Source: a virus. Taken from it: a stretch of 64,000 nucleotides of DNA. Under the pieces are notes generated by a model, which was given only the letters and a program-made list of their open reading frames with translations, had not been told where the DNA came from and searched no databases. The DNA lies in the IMG/VR virus record IMGVR_UViG_3300034105_001128, positions 1-64,000 of that record; one strand, given 5' to 3'. Numbering within the stretch: position 1 is the stretch's first letter; each line of letters begins with the position of its first letter. The translations under genes were made by a program, and so were the position numbers. Positions 8,862 through 17,375 of the stretch are shown piece by piece.

Positions 8862-9316
8862 TGGTTAATACATTCTTACCTTGGCCAGATATAACACGTA
8901 CAGCTAAATCCTTAGACAATAAGAGACTCGGCAAGCAACGCGTAGAAGCATTGCAGATTCTGAGGGCTAACTTGGGTCTAACTAGTGGATGGCGGAATCA
9001 CCCCGCAGCTGTGATGTGGCGCGGTCACGAAGGATATCTATACATGTACACGAATGCTATGTGCATGGAGTGGAGAAAGCGTGGCTACGAAGACAATGTA
9101 CAAGCACGTCTGCAAGAAATCTATGCGGAGCATGACCTACAAGGTTGGGACCCACCTTGGTGGTGGGGCAATGATGAGATCCATAAATCACATCGTTCTA
9201 ACCTAAAGCGTAAAGATCCGGTTTGGTACCGGTTTCGTGTACGTGGTGATCTTCCATACAAATGGCCTACACCAGACAAATTGTTTCGTGTAGTAATCAA
9301 AAAGGAGAAGAAATGA
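8861..9316 (+). CDS. pyrimidine-dimer DNA glycosylase-like protein (MSMEG_6728/DenV-like)
   Basis: TFLP...LDNKRLGKQRVEALQI...HPAAVMWRG...SHRSNL signature. Confidence 0.8.
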   Translation: MVNTFLPWPDITRTAKSLDNKRLGKQRVEALQILRANLGLTSGWRNHPAAVMWRGHEGYLYMYTNAMCMEWRKRGYEDNVQARLQEIYAEHDLQGWDPPWWWGNDEIHKSHRSNLKRKDPVWYRFRVRGDLPYKWPTPDKLFRVVIKKEKK

Positions 9317-9795
9317 TAGTAACGCGTAAAGAAGCAGTTGAACTGATCTCAGGCATGCTCAACAATGACATCAACTTGGAAGGCGAAGAGCTTGAAAAAG
9401 TTATCTTTGCAGTCAATGAAGACATTCAAGTACGCGATTGGATGATGGGCCTACCAATCAAGTGGTCATTGGAAGAAAGCATCAAATTTATGCAATACAT
9501 GGCTGTGCACGCAACGGCGCAAGACTCAGTGCCGTTCGTTACGGTGCAGGCCATTTTCTATTATGAATTGGGTGAGGTAGATAAGGCAACCCAATGCCTT
9601 AATTACTCAATACATATGGACAGTGAGTACTCATTGGCTCTATTAGTTAAGCGGGTAATTGATGCTGGCTGGCCTCAAGGCTCATTTAAACCAATGCGAG
9701 ATTCTGTTCATCCAAAAATTGTTGCAGAATGCTTTAGTGAAGAAGGCCAGCAACCAATTCAAAAAGGAGACAAATCATGGCAACATACACAGTAA
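9313..9795 (+). CDS. DUF4192-like protein
   Basis: VRD...YELG...YSLALLV...AGWP pattern. Confidence 0.6.
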   Translation: MIVTRKEAVELISGMLNNDINLEGEELEKVIFAVNEDIQVRDWMMGLPIKWSLEESIKFMQYMAVHATAQDSVPFVTVQAIFYYELGEVDKATQCLNYSIHMDSEYSLALLVKRVIDAGWPQGSFKPMRDSVHPKIVAECFSEEGQQPIQKGDKSWQHTQ

Positions 9796-9971
9796 CAATC
9801 CATGATCACATAATCTATGACTATGTGATTGAGGCAGACAGCCGGCAGGAAGCTGAGGCACGAGCTGAAGAAAGCATCATGAATGAGGAGTCTCATCTAT
9901 GGCGCCAAGATATGGAAGCGGGTTGGACTGAAATTGGGGAAATCTATAACGATATGGATGAGGAAGTTTGA
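9777..9971 (+). CDS. small acidic hypothetical protein
   Basis: SD AAGGAG; YxVxI...IEADSxxEAxxxA pattern typical of small phage proteins. Confidence 0.7.
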   Translation: MATYTVTIHDHIIYDYVIEADSRQEAEARAEESIMNEESHLWRQDMEAGWTEIGEIYNDMDEEV

Positions 9972-9972
9972 C

Positions 9973-9984
9973 CCAACACAAACA
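9973..9984 (+). promoter_or_regulatory. CCAACACAAACA motif copy
   Basis: exact 12-mer just upstream of a TAGAAT -10-like hexamer. Confidence 0.65.
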
Positions 9985-10016
9985 ATCGGCTAGAATAGTA
10001 AAGGAGAGGTATATGT

Positions 10017-10217
10017 ATGGCTAATGATGATCTGTATGACCTAAGAATAGTACTTAGGGTAAAAGTTAAAAAATGGCGAATAGATGACCAGTCTAATGAA
10101 GCTAACTGGGAGTGGTCAACAAACGTATACGACAGAAACCTACAACAATGGATTAACATAGTTAATCTTAAGAGGCCCGGAGAAGACTCATACATCGAGT
10201 CTATTACGGAAATGTAA
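10017..10217 (+). CDS. hypothetical protein
   Basis: SD AAGGAG. Confidence 0.6.
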   Translation: MANDDLYDLRIVLRVKVKKWRIDDQSNEANWEWSTNVYDRNLQQWINIVNLKRPGEDSYIESITEM

Positions 10218-10244
10218 AAATCCCCCGGAGCGCAATCCGGGGGA
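10216..10244. terminator. GC hairpin terminator (U-tract on - strand)
   Basis: AAAAA-TCCCCCGGA-gcgcaa-TCCGGGGGA. Confidence 0.55.
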
Positions 10245-10315
10245 CTTGAGGGTGTGAACTCTGTTCTATGAGAGCTAACACCCTAATCATACACTAGAAG
10301 GGAGAATATTGTGAA

Positions 10316-10552
10316 ATGCAATTTGCAAATCTCAATATAAAAACTAAGGAGATACGAAAATTAGTGGATGCTTTGGAGGATGCGGGCCTAAACGTCAGCA
10401 TAACCAACGGTAAGCACCATGTAAAGGTCGTAAATCCCCAAACAAAACAGACAGTGTTCTTTGGGCCTCAATCATTGGGGGACCGTAGAGCATCCAAGAA
10501 TATACTAAGAGACCTTAAAAAAGTAGGGTTTCATGGCAATATCAACTCATAA
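10316..10552 (+). CDS. HicA-like dsRBD-fold toxin/RNase
   Basis: LxxAG...GKHH strand pattern, C-terminal helix KNILRDLKKVG. Confidence 0.6.
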   Translation: MQFANLNIKTKEIRKLVDALEDAGLNVSITNGKHHVKVVNPQTKQTVFFGPQSLGDRRASKNILRDLKKVGFHGNINS

Positions 10553-10563
10553 GGAGCAAATAA

Positions 10564-10851
10564 ATGGCTAAAAAAGTAAGTAGTCTATTCAGTGCAAGTA
10601 TCGTTAAGAACCAAACAAAAGGTGGGGCATGGTTAGCAACTATTGTGCTAACGGATGAAGGCATAGATATACCATACGACTCATACCAAGCAGCCTGGGC
10701 TAATGCATCGGCTGCAAAACGATGGGTCAAAGAAGTGCTGTTAGCAACCACAACTCGTAAGTCTGTAAAAATGTTGCCTGGATCTGAACTAGACGCCAAG
10801 CAAAAGCCTGTTGTACTTTTAGGGGCGGTAACATTTAAGCGGGAGTCATGA
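10564..10851 (+). CDS. hypothetical protein
   Basis: SD AAGGAG. Confidence 0.7.
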   Translation: MAKKVSSLFSASIVKNQTKGGAWLATIVLTDEGIDIPYDSYQAAWANASAAKRWVKEVLLATTTRKSVKMLPGSELDAKQKPVVLLGAVTFKRES

Positions 10852-10982
10852 TGGATATGGAAACAGTAGGTCCTTTTAAAACAGTCAATGACTTAATGAA
10901 AGAACTTAATGAAAACAGTCCTGGTGGCTGTGATTGCGGAAACTGCAAGTGCAAAGATGAACCTACAGAAGGAGAAAGTTAA
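10848..10982 (+). CDS. 44-aa Cys-cluster peptide (not in ORF track)
   Basis: ATGA and TAATG overlaps; GGCDCGNCKC. Confidence 0.55.
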   Translation: MMDMETVGPFKTVNDLMKELNENSPGGCDCGNCKCKDEPTEGES

Positions 10983-11194
10983 TGCCTAAATACACAGTAA
11001 TGTTTTCTTCTGAAAGAAATGGTGAACTTAGTTTCACAGCAGAAGATGATCTCGATGCTGAAGACATATACGAAAACTTAATGACGGGACTTATATATTC
11101 AGATGATCTGGATGATGTCAGTGAGCGTGTAAATGATTCTGATTTACAGTTCTATGACCTTAGATCCCCGACAGGTAAGCTGCTAGCAGACTGA
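10982..11194 (+). CDS. highly acidic small protein
   Basis: SD AAGGAG; D/E-rich. Confidence 0.7.
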   Translation: MPKYTVMFSSERNGELSFTAEDDLDAEDIYENLMTGLIYSDDLDDVSERVNDSDLQFYDLRSPTGKLLAD

Positions 11195-11205
11195 CCGCAA
11201 GCAAA

Positions 11206-11235
11206 TGGCCCCGGCTCTTAATTGAGTCGGGGCCA
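11206..11235. terminator. terminator at convergence of early (+) and nrdJ (-) transcription
   Basis: TGGCCCCGGCTC-ttaatt-GAGTCGGGGCCA. Confidence 0.7.
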
Positions 11236-11237
11236 AA

Positions 11238-11249
11238 TGTTTGTGTTGG
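11238..11249 (-). promoter_or_regulatory. CCAACACAAACA motif copy (inverted)
   Basis: TGTTTGTGTTGG on + strand. Confidence 0.6.
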
Positions 11250-11262
11250 GCGGGCGGTAAGT

Positions 11263-11409
11263 CTAGCCTTCTAGATCATCATCTTCTGAGATGTCATTTT
11301 CCAACTCATCTAATTCATCTTCATCGAAGTCAAAGTCTTCGAATCCGTCTTCCATGTCTTCTTCAAAATCTTCATCAAATAGGTCTGGATTGATTTCATT
11401 TTCAGTCAT
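11263..11409 (-). CDS. 48-aa hyper-acidic peptide (not in ORF track)
   Basis: SD AAGGAG; MTENEINPDLFDEDFEEDMEDGFEDFDFDEDELDELENDISEDDDLEG. Confidence 0.65.
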   Translation of the reverse strand: MTENEINPDLFDEDFEEDMEDGFEDFDFDEDELDELENDISEDDDLEG

Positions 11410-13450
11410 TGGTTTCTCCTTTAGTGTTGTCTCTAATTAGTTTTACTTCGCATGCGTCTGTGGTGCAGTAGGCTTCACCAATTGCCTCTGTACCTAATCC
11501 CTCATAGACTCCTGTAAAGTCAATTGGGAATAGTGTCATTGTTCCGCTCTCATACTCTTCTTCGGTGCTTTGAGTGTAAGGCATTTGTGGGTAACTGGTT
11601 GGATCCATGGGCAAGAATGACACAGTTTTTAATTGTCCGTCGTACATATGGAGCGCAGTTCCAATGGCCTTTGCTTCACTCTCAGGGTCAAAACTAATAG
11701 TCACAGACACAGAATTGTCTGACCAATAGCGTTGAGCTGTAGCTGCAAGTGCCATCTTTTCATAGATAGATACTTCTCTCTCTGATCTTAGAGAGTTAGA
11801 CTTCACGGGAAAGAATACCACCGATGTTGTAGCTGGCGATTCAGATGCGGGCTCTACCCGGTAGTTTGCCATCTTAAAGAGTGGCAACATTGGGTCGCTA
11901 TTCCCAAAGCGAATAGTTCTAAGGAAATACTTACCGCCTGGTGTCCAATGTACGCCAGGTGACTCTCCTGCCAGAATAGATACAGTGCCGGAAGGCTTTA
12001 CAGTGGTAGTTTTAATCGACTCGCGGATACCAAGCCATTCTGAGTATGACTTATCGTATGCCTGAACAGTCTTGTATCCCTCGTCCATCCAATTACGCAA
12101 TACCGGCAACCCACGTAGGTCTGCAAAATTTGCCACACCTGACATAGATGTTCCAATGCGACGGTTACGCTGCATGATTGCGTTGGTCTCTTCCCAGTGA
12201 GTTGGGAGAAGGGTTACAGTCTTAGCATAGAGATAGGCAAACTTAAGGGTTCGCTTGTAGTCGTCCAGGCTGTCGTGACGATTGAGATAGGTCTCTACCA
12301 AAGTACAGCATTCCATTGATTCCAATGACTGTTCTGCGCAAGGATTATACCCGGCTGCACGCCAGTCTTTGTTGTTTTCAGGATCTGCTAGTCTTCCGTA
12401 CTTACGAGTTACGTCCATCCAGACTACGCCAGGCTCACCGTTACGGGCTATACCGTCAATGATCTTAGAGAGATCTGTACCCACACTTGCCTCAACTGAG
12501 TTATTTGACATCCAGCCCCAACCCGGAGCGGCCGGATCGTAGCTATTGCGCTCAGGAAATACTTCGACATTCTTTAAGTTGAGAAACTCATCATCTTCAA
12601 TACGACCAATTAGTAGCTCAGCTGAACGTCGTACGTTACCGGATACTACGCATACACCAATAAGATTACCAATATCTGCAATGTCGCGGCGTGTTAGTTT
12701 TTCTCCTGCACGGCCATCAAAGATCTTAGAGACATAGTTGTGTAGTTTGATTAGTGGGTCGGCTCCTGCGGCTGTTCCTCCGAAGGTTTTGATTGGCGTG
12801 CCTTCTGGTCTAATTTCTTCGTAACGAAATACTGGAGCCTTTGTATCTGGTCGTAGGTAAGCATTGATGAGAGCGGATGTGGATTCGACCCATCCTTCTC
12901 GGGTGTCTGGGATGACATATTCGTCGCCTTTCTGTGGTTCATAGATTGTAAAGTCTTTATCTGCGCCCTTGTCGTCAAATCCAACTCCCACTCCCAGCAT
13001 AGAGGCCTCCATTAGGAAGGCAAATGGTTTAGCTGGATCGAGCTTGGTCATTGAGTTTGTAGATACAAAAGAACAATTCTGAAGTGCTGCAGAGTTTCTC
13101 TGAATGTTAATAAGGGGTGTTCCCATCATCCAAAGTCCACGGCCAGGTGGTGTCCACTTCAATTGGAATAGGCGATCAAATGCCTCTTTGGCTGAAGCAG
13201 CGGCTTTTGAGTCTGACCAAGGAAGACGTTGAGATTTAGCGTGGTCCTTTTGTAGGGAATACATGCCGTTGATTACACGCTCACATACATCTACCCAAGT
13301 CTCCTTGGTTCCATCCTCTTTAAGACGAGAGTAGGTTCTAAGAAAGATAATCTCACCTACTGCATTGCCGGCAGCATCTTTATACCCCCATGGAACTGGC
13401 TTTCCCCGATATGAATTTACGTATTCTTCTGTCAACTTGAATGAAAACAA
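11402..13450 (-). CDS. nrdJ: class II (adenosylcobalamin-dependent) ribonucleoside-triphosphate reductase
   Basis: PPGRGLW, ALQNC, NPCAEQ, VKPSGTVS, C-terminal CTTDAC. Confidence 0.93.
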   Translation of the reverse strand: MFSFKLTEEYVNSYRGKPVPWGYKDAAGNAVGEIIFLRTYSRLKEDGTKETWVDVCERVINGMYSLQKDHAKSQRLPWSDSKAAASAKEAFDRLFQLKWTPPGRGLWMMGTPLINIQRNSAALQNCSFVSTNSMTKLDPAKPFAFLMEASMLGVGVGFDDKGADKDFTIYEPQKGDEYVIPDTREGWVESTSALINAYLRPDTKAPVFRYEEIRPEGTPIKTFGGTAAGADPLIKLHNYVSKIFDGRAGEKLTRRDIADIGNLIGVCVVSGNVRRSAELLIGRIEDDEFLNLKNVEVFPERNSYDPAAPGWGWMSNNSVEASVGTDLSKIIDGIARNGEPGVVWMDVTRKYGRLADPENNKDWRAAGYNPCAEQSLESMECCTLVETYLNRHDSLDDYKRTLKFAYLYAKTVTLLPTHWEETNAIMQRNRRIGTSMSGVANFADLRGLPVLRNWMDEGYKTVQAYDKSYSEWLGIRESIKTTTVKPSGTVSILAGESPGVHWTPGGKYFLRTIRFGNSDPMLPLFKMANYRVEPASESPATTSVVFFPVKSNSLRSEREVSIYEKMALAATAQRYWSDNSVSVTISFDPESEAKAIGTALHMYDGQLKTVSFLPMDPTSYPQMPYTQSTEEEYESGTMTLFPIDFTGVYEGLGTEAIGEAYCTTDACEVKLIRDNTKGETND

Positions 13451-13492
13451 GATACTCTCTCTTTTCTGTTAATTGGTTACTGTTATCAGGTA

Positions 13493-14962
13493 CTAGCCTT
13501 CTAAATTGTCACTAATAATTCTACTGGATTCTGCCTCAGTAAGTCCAATTTCCGGGACTCTTGCACGCTCTCCAAAGAGTTGGGATAAGACTCCCCCAGA
13601 GGTTTGACGCTCCACGGTCATCCGGACGAACTCTTTATTCTCTTCTAATTTTTTAACTTCCCCTATGATCTTAAAGAGTCTGTCAATCTCTTGACCCGTG
13701 TTTGGATCGGGGTACCCGCCGTTTAATTCTTCTGCAAATCTAGCAAAACCTACTCTAGCGGCCTGCATTTCGATAATTGCGTTCAATAATCCCTTTAGTT
13801 GCTCTTTGGTATTAATCTCAACCGGTAGATTAAACGCACAAGAATTGTTAGGTTTGAACGCAGGGCAGTTGCTCGCAACGAAGCAAGTATTGCATTGACG
13901 AAAGGAAGTAGTGGTGCTTGTTAATACCGGAGCATCCCTAATTACGTCTCTTCCAGTATCATCTTTCTCAATAATTGTCTTACTTGTAACGCCAAAAACA
14001 GGCAAAGTTCTGATCTCTTCAGGGTCTCTAGGCTTGAAATCTTTCCGCACCTCTACCCCTCTGTTATCAGGTGCCAAGCCCCTAGTTTCCGCAGAACCTG
14101 CGCTATCTAATTCATCACTGTTATCAGATAACTTCTCTTGTGAGTATTTTTTATTCAACGAATTCTCCAGCTGCAGGTAGGACCAAATGGCGAGGCGAGT
14201 TACCTCATTACTATCATCATTAATAATCTTTTCAAAGTCTAGTCCGGCCCTCTCGATGATCGCCTTGTAGCGAGGACGAGCTTGGTCTTTCTGCTTCTTC
14301 TGATAGCGGACCAGTCTAGTGCCATCCCAGACAATTGTCTCACCTCTCATCATTGGACTTAACCAAGATAATGAACTCGCTGTAGCCAATGGGACCTGGC
14401 GTAGGTTGTCCGGCTTAGCGCACGCTATGCCATGGAACTGAAGGTCAGGGAATTGGCTTAATAGGGCCCTGGAGCGGGCTGAGAGACTCGTATCGTCTTC
14501 CAGTGACTCTCCGAGTAGCCCAACGTTGTTGTACTGCTCAGCAAGACCAAATAGGGCAGTGTGCCCAAGATCTTGGTGCCAAACAACTGAAAACTTATCT
14601 AAACCAAAGTCCTCACCAAAAGTGCGACGTTGATGATTAATCCAGTTTTGTCCCATGGCCCTAGCGTCTACCTCTGTGGCCAGGGTAATCCTATCCTCAT
14701 TGAGAACAAGCCAATCCTGGTAGGAAGCCGTATACTCTTCGATCTCACGCTCTGTCATTTCTAGATCGTTGATCTGATGCCCGCCACCATCTATGTAGAT
14801 CTTGATGTCATCCGGGAAACGTTCAGCTAATAAATAGTCTTTGGTCTTTGGGAGACCACGCTTGACTAGTCTGAAGTAGTTAATGCTGATGTGTTTAGCT
14901 CCGGCAGCTGCCAGAAGGTTTCTATGTGAGGGTACCTCTCCGCCCATGAAGACTATGTTCAT
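13493..14962 (-). CDS. TGT/DpdA-like TIM-barrel protein fused to a Cys-cluster C-terminal domain
   Basis: IYIDGGG (DSG-like), VVWH, FHGIA, ASSLSW (DS-x-x-W-like) in TGT order; CX2CX5CX8C. Confidence 0.55.
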   Translation of the reverse strand: MNIVFMGGEVPSHRNLLAAAGAKHISINYFRLVKRGLPKTKDYLLAERFPDDIKIYIDGGGHQINDLEMTEREIEEYTASYQDWLVLNEDRITLATEVDARAMGQNWINHQRRTFGEDFGLDKFSVVWHQDLGHTALFGLAEQYNNVGLLGESLEDDTSLSARSRALLSQFPDLQFHGIACAKPDNLRQVPLATASSLSWLSPMMRGETIVWDGTRLVRYQKKQKDQARPRYKAIIERAGLDFEKIINDDSNEVTRLAIWSYLQLENSLNKKYSQEKLSDNSDELDSAGSAETRGLAPDNRGVEVRKDFKPRDPEEIRTLPVFGVTSKTIIEKDDTGRDVIRDAPVLTSTTTSFRQCNTCFVASNCPAFKPNNSCAFNLPVEINTKEQLKGLLNAIIEMQAARVGFARFAEELNGGYPDPNTGQEIDRLFKIIGEVKKLEENKEFVRMTVERQTSGGVLSQLFGERARVPEIGLTEAESSRIISDNLEG

Positions 14963-15423
14963 TCGTAGCGGTTAACCCTACTTCCAAGGTGGGCGTCTAG
15001 AAGAGCTAGCTTTTGTTTTTCTACCTCATTTTTTAGATCGTCCCACGGTTTTACTTGGCGGGATGTTCGAACAAACCTAGGTGAAGCAAACATGATTACA
15101 GGCACTCCCAAAGATAATGCCTCTGCACATCGGTCTGCATCTGGATCTACAAATAGCTCGACGCGTCCTTTAGATCTAGCTATAGCTAGCTGGCGGGACC
15201 GTAAGTCTTGGCCCTCAAAGAAGTACCTATCATCATAGATATCACCGTAACCAATAATTAGGTTGGCACGTAGCCAGTGCTCTGTCTGATCATGTGTAAG
15301 ATCTGAAGCAATAACAACCCTGTAGTGCTCTGAAAGAATTCTGTACAGCTTTACACCTTCTGGAATTGGATCTCCAGTTTCCGTTTTTAATACGCCTTCT
15401 AGTGCAACAAGTGCTGTAGCCAA
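14959..15423 (-). CDS. degenerate HAD-fold protein
   Basis: ALVALEGVL at motif I, LFVDPD at motif IV. Confidence 0.55.
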   Translation of the reverse strand: MATALVALEGVLKTETGDPIPEGVKLYRILSEHYRVVIASDLTHDQTEHWLRANLIIGYGDIYDDRYFFEGQDLRSRQLAIARSKGRVELFVDPDADRCAEALSLGVPVIMFASPRFVRTSRQVKPWDDLKNEVEKQKLALLDAHLGSRVNRYE

Positions 15424-15426
15424 TTT

Positions 15427-15528
15427 TTAATCCTCCGGGGTTCCTTGTCTTGCGCAAATACATTTACAATCATCTATCTCACACACAGTGTAATCCATCG
15501 TGTGTTTACACTTTATGCAACTAACCAC
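15427..15528 (-). CDS. 33-aa six-Cys peptide (not in ORF track)
   Basis: GTG start; MVSCIKCKHTMDYTVCEIDDCKCICARQGTPED fills the gap and carries the next SD. Confidence 0.5.
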   Translation of the reverse strand: MVSCIKCKHTMDYTVCEIDDCKCICARQGTPED

Positions 15529-16438
15529 GCAAAGTTCTCCTGATCAATGTAGATGCATCAGGTAATTCTACACCGTATACGTTCTTTTGTAAACCGGCAT
15601 CTTGGGCTGCTTTATGGTCTTTAATAGTCTTTAATGCTTGTATTACACCGGAACGTTTCCCAGCTTGCCATCGATAGTTGTTAAAATCAGAATATCCTGA
15701 ACCAACGGCACTGAATGCAATTTTTCTACCGCCGTGAATGTCATCAAAATGAGCAATTGCCTGTTCTGCAGCTAATTGCATTTTTGTTTCTGCGTTACGG
15801 CGATGTGCAGGATTGGTTGCGTTACGTACTTCTGATAACGCTGAAGAATAACGATTTATTAAATCTTTTGCATTAGCCTCGTCACGCATAGTTCTTTGTT
15901 CCCAAGCACGACTATAAGGGGGTTGTGGGTTTACATCAGGCTTGACTGTCCATGAGTCTGTTGTAAGATCATAGGCAGCGTATGGATTAATGTCCCTAAT
16001 ATTTGACTGTGGATTTACGTAGTATGTTAGTTCATACCCTTCCCAATTACGGGTGTTAGGCATAAGCTCAGCGCTGAATCCTTCGTTAAATGTCTGTGCA
16101 ATTTCTTTATCGGAATACCCAGCAAATTCTGGATTGTCCTGTCTAAACTTAATGTAGTCGATACCAATTAAACAATCAAGGTCACCTGGCTGTCTTGCGG
16201 CTGCCCATTGGTAAGATACGCCGGAACCAGCTAACCAAACATGTGTCCAGGTATTTGGACTAGTATAGTTCTTACCTAAGTAGTCAAAGAGCATAGAGAG
16301 TACACCAGTGCGTACCCAAGGTAGAAGCTGCTGTTCTTGAAATAACTTTGGATCTAATTCTGAAGACGGCTCACTAAAATAGGAAGTAGACCCCGGAGTG
16401 ATCTCCGGGGCCTCATAGTCAAAGTTTTCAAAATTCAT
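15521..16438 (-). CDS. Pol-beta-superfamily nucleotidyltransferase
   Basis: LAGSGVSY...GDLDCLI, third acidic residue in YELTYYV. Confidence 0.75.
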   Translation of the reverse strand: MNFENFDYEAPEITPGSTSYFSEPSSELDPKLFQEQQLLPWVRTGVLSMLFDYLGKNYTSPNTWTHVWLAGSGVSYQWAAARQPGDLDCLIGIDYIKFRQDNPEFAGYSDKEIAQTFNEGFSAELMPNTRNWEGYELTYYVNPQSNIRDINPYAAYDLTTDSWTVKPDVNPQPPYSRAWEQRTMRDEANAKDLINRYSSALSEVRNATNPAHRRNAETKMQLAAEQAIAHFDDIHGGRKIAFSAVGSGYSDFNNYRWQAGKRSGVIQALKTIKDHKAAQDAGLQKNVYGVELPDASTLIRRTLRG

Positions 16439-16492
16439 ACGCCTATTCTTTCATCCTAGTCGTGCTTACGTCTCGGCTTGAAGCATATAAAT

Positions 16493-16786
16493 TTACTTAG
16501 ATGCTGTTGAATCTCCCTGATTTGCTGCGTCTGCCTCTGGCTTCATGCCAGAAAGCTTAATTGCCACGTATTCTGCGGCGGACTGTGCTTGTAGATCAAT
16601 TAGGATTTCTGAGACATATCGGCGCACTTCTAGAAGTGTAGCCTCGCGCTCTACCGGAATTGCTAGAACGGATGTATTACGCTCTACAAATACATTTCCG
16701 CCCTTGTCAACAACTACTGCAAAGCCAAACGCAAGTTCTGGGATTGCAGGTGTTGTTTCGTCTTGTGGTGTTGTTTCTTTTGACAT
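16493..16786 (-). CDS. hypothetical protein
   Basis: SD GAGG; operon tiling. Confidence 0.65.
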   Translation of the reverse strand: MSKETTPQDETTPAIPELAFGFAVVVDKGGNVFVERNTSVLAIPVEREATLLEVRRYVSEILIDLQAQSAAEYVAIKLSGMKPEADAANQGDSTASK

Positions 16787-16793
16787 GTTTCCT

Positions 16794-17375
16794 CTATTCG
16801 TATAGGCCCATTTTTTTACGATTTTGTTCTACCACATAGGTTTTTGCTGGACAAAAGTCACACAAGTATACCTTTGTGCCACCTGATTTTGCCGCGCTCT
16901 CTAAACCTAATTCTTTTCTTGCGTCTGCCGTGCTCTTAGGTATAAGTCGTTTGCTCTCGCTCTTCCAGTCATAGCAACCCTCTACAGGTCGCAAATGCAG
17001 GTTAAAACACTTCATCGCATCATCAAAAAATGTTGCCTTGGTAGTGTAGTAATCTGGGTCAATATCAGCAAGACCACCACCTACTTTATTTCGTAGATTC
17101 TCAACAACTTGCTTACGTACTTCAGGACGAGAGTATAACTTAACGCCAATTTTAGATAGAAAACCATTGTGCGGAATTCCAGCGGATTCATGTCGGTCTA
17201 CTAATACCTGTAGTGTGACGTCATCATCTGGGTGCCCCTCAAAGTCTGGGAGTTCTTCGATGGTTTTACAGTTGTAACAGTACAGCAGACGAATCTTAGG
17301 ACCTTCATCCTTGATCTCTGTGTAAGTGCCCTCATCGGCAGGCTGTGCGCCTCCGCCTAAAATAGGGATAGTCAT
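16794..17375 (-). CDS. hypothetical protein with CxxC motifs
   Basis: SD GGAGG; CYNC and CDFC. Confidence 0.7.
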   Translation of the reverse strand: MTIPILGGGAQPADEGTYTEIKDEGPKIRLLYCYNCKTIEELPDFEGHPDDDVTLQVLVDRHESAGIPHNGFLSKIGVKLYSRPEVRKQVVENLRNKVGGGLADIDPDYYTTKATFFDDAMKCFNLHLRPVEGCYDWKSESKRLIPKSTADARKELGLESAAKSGGTKVYLCDFCPAKTYVVEQNRKKMGLYE

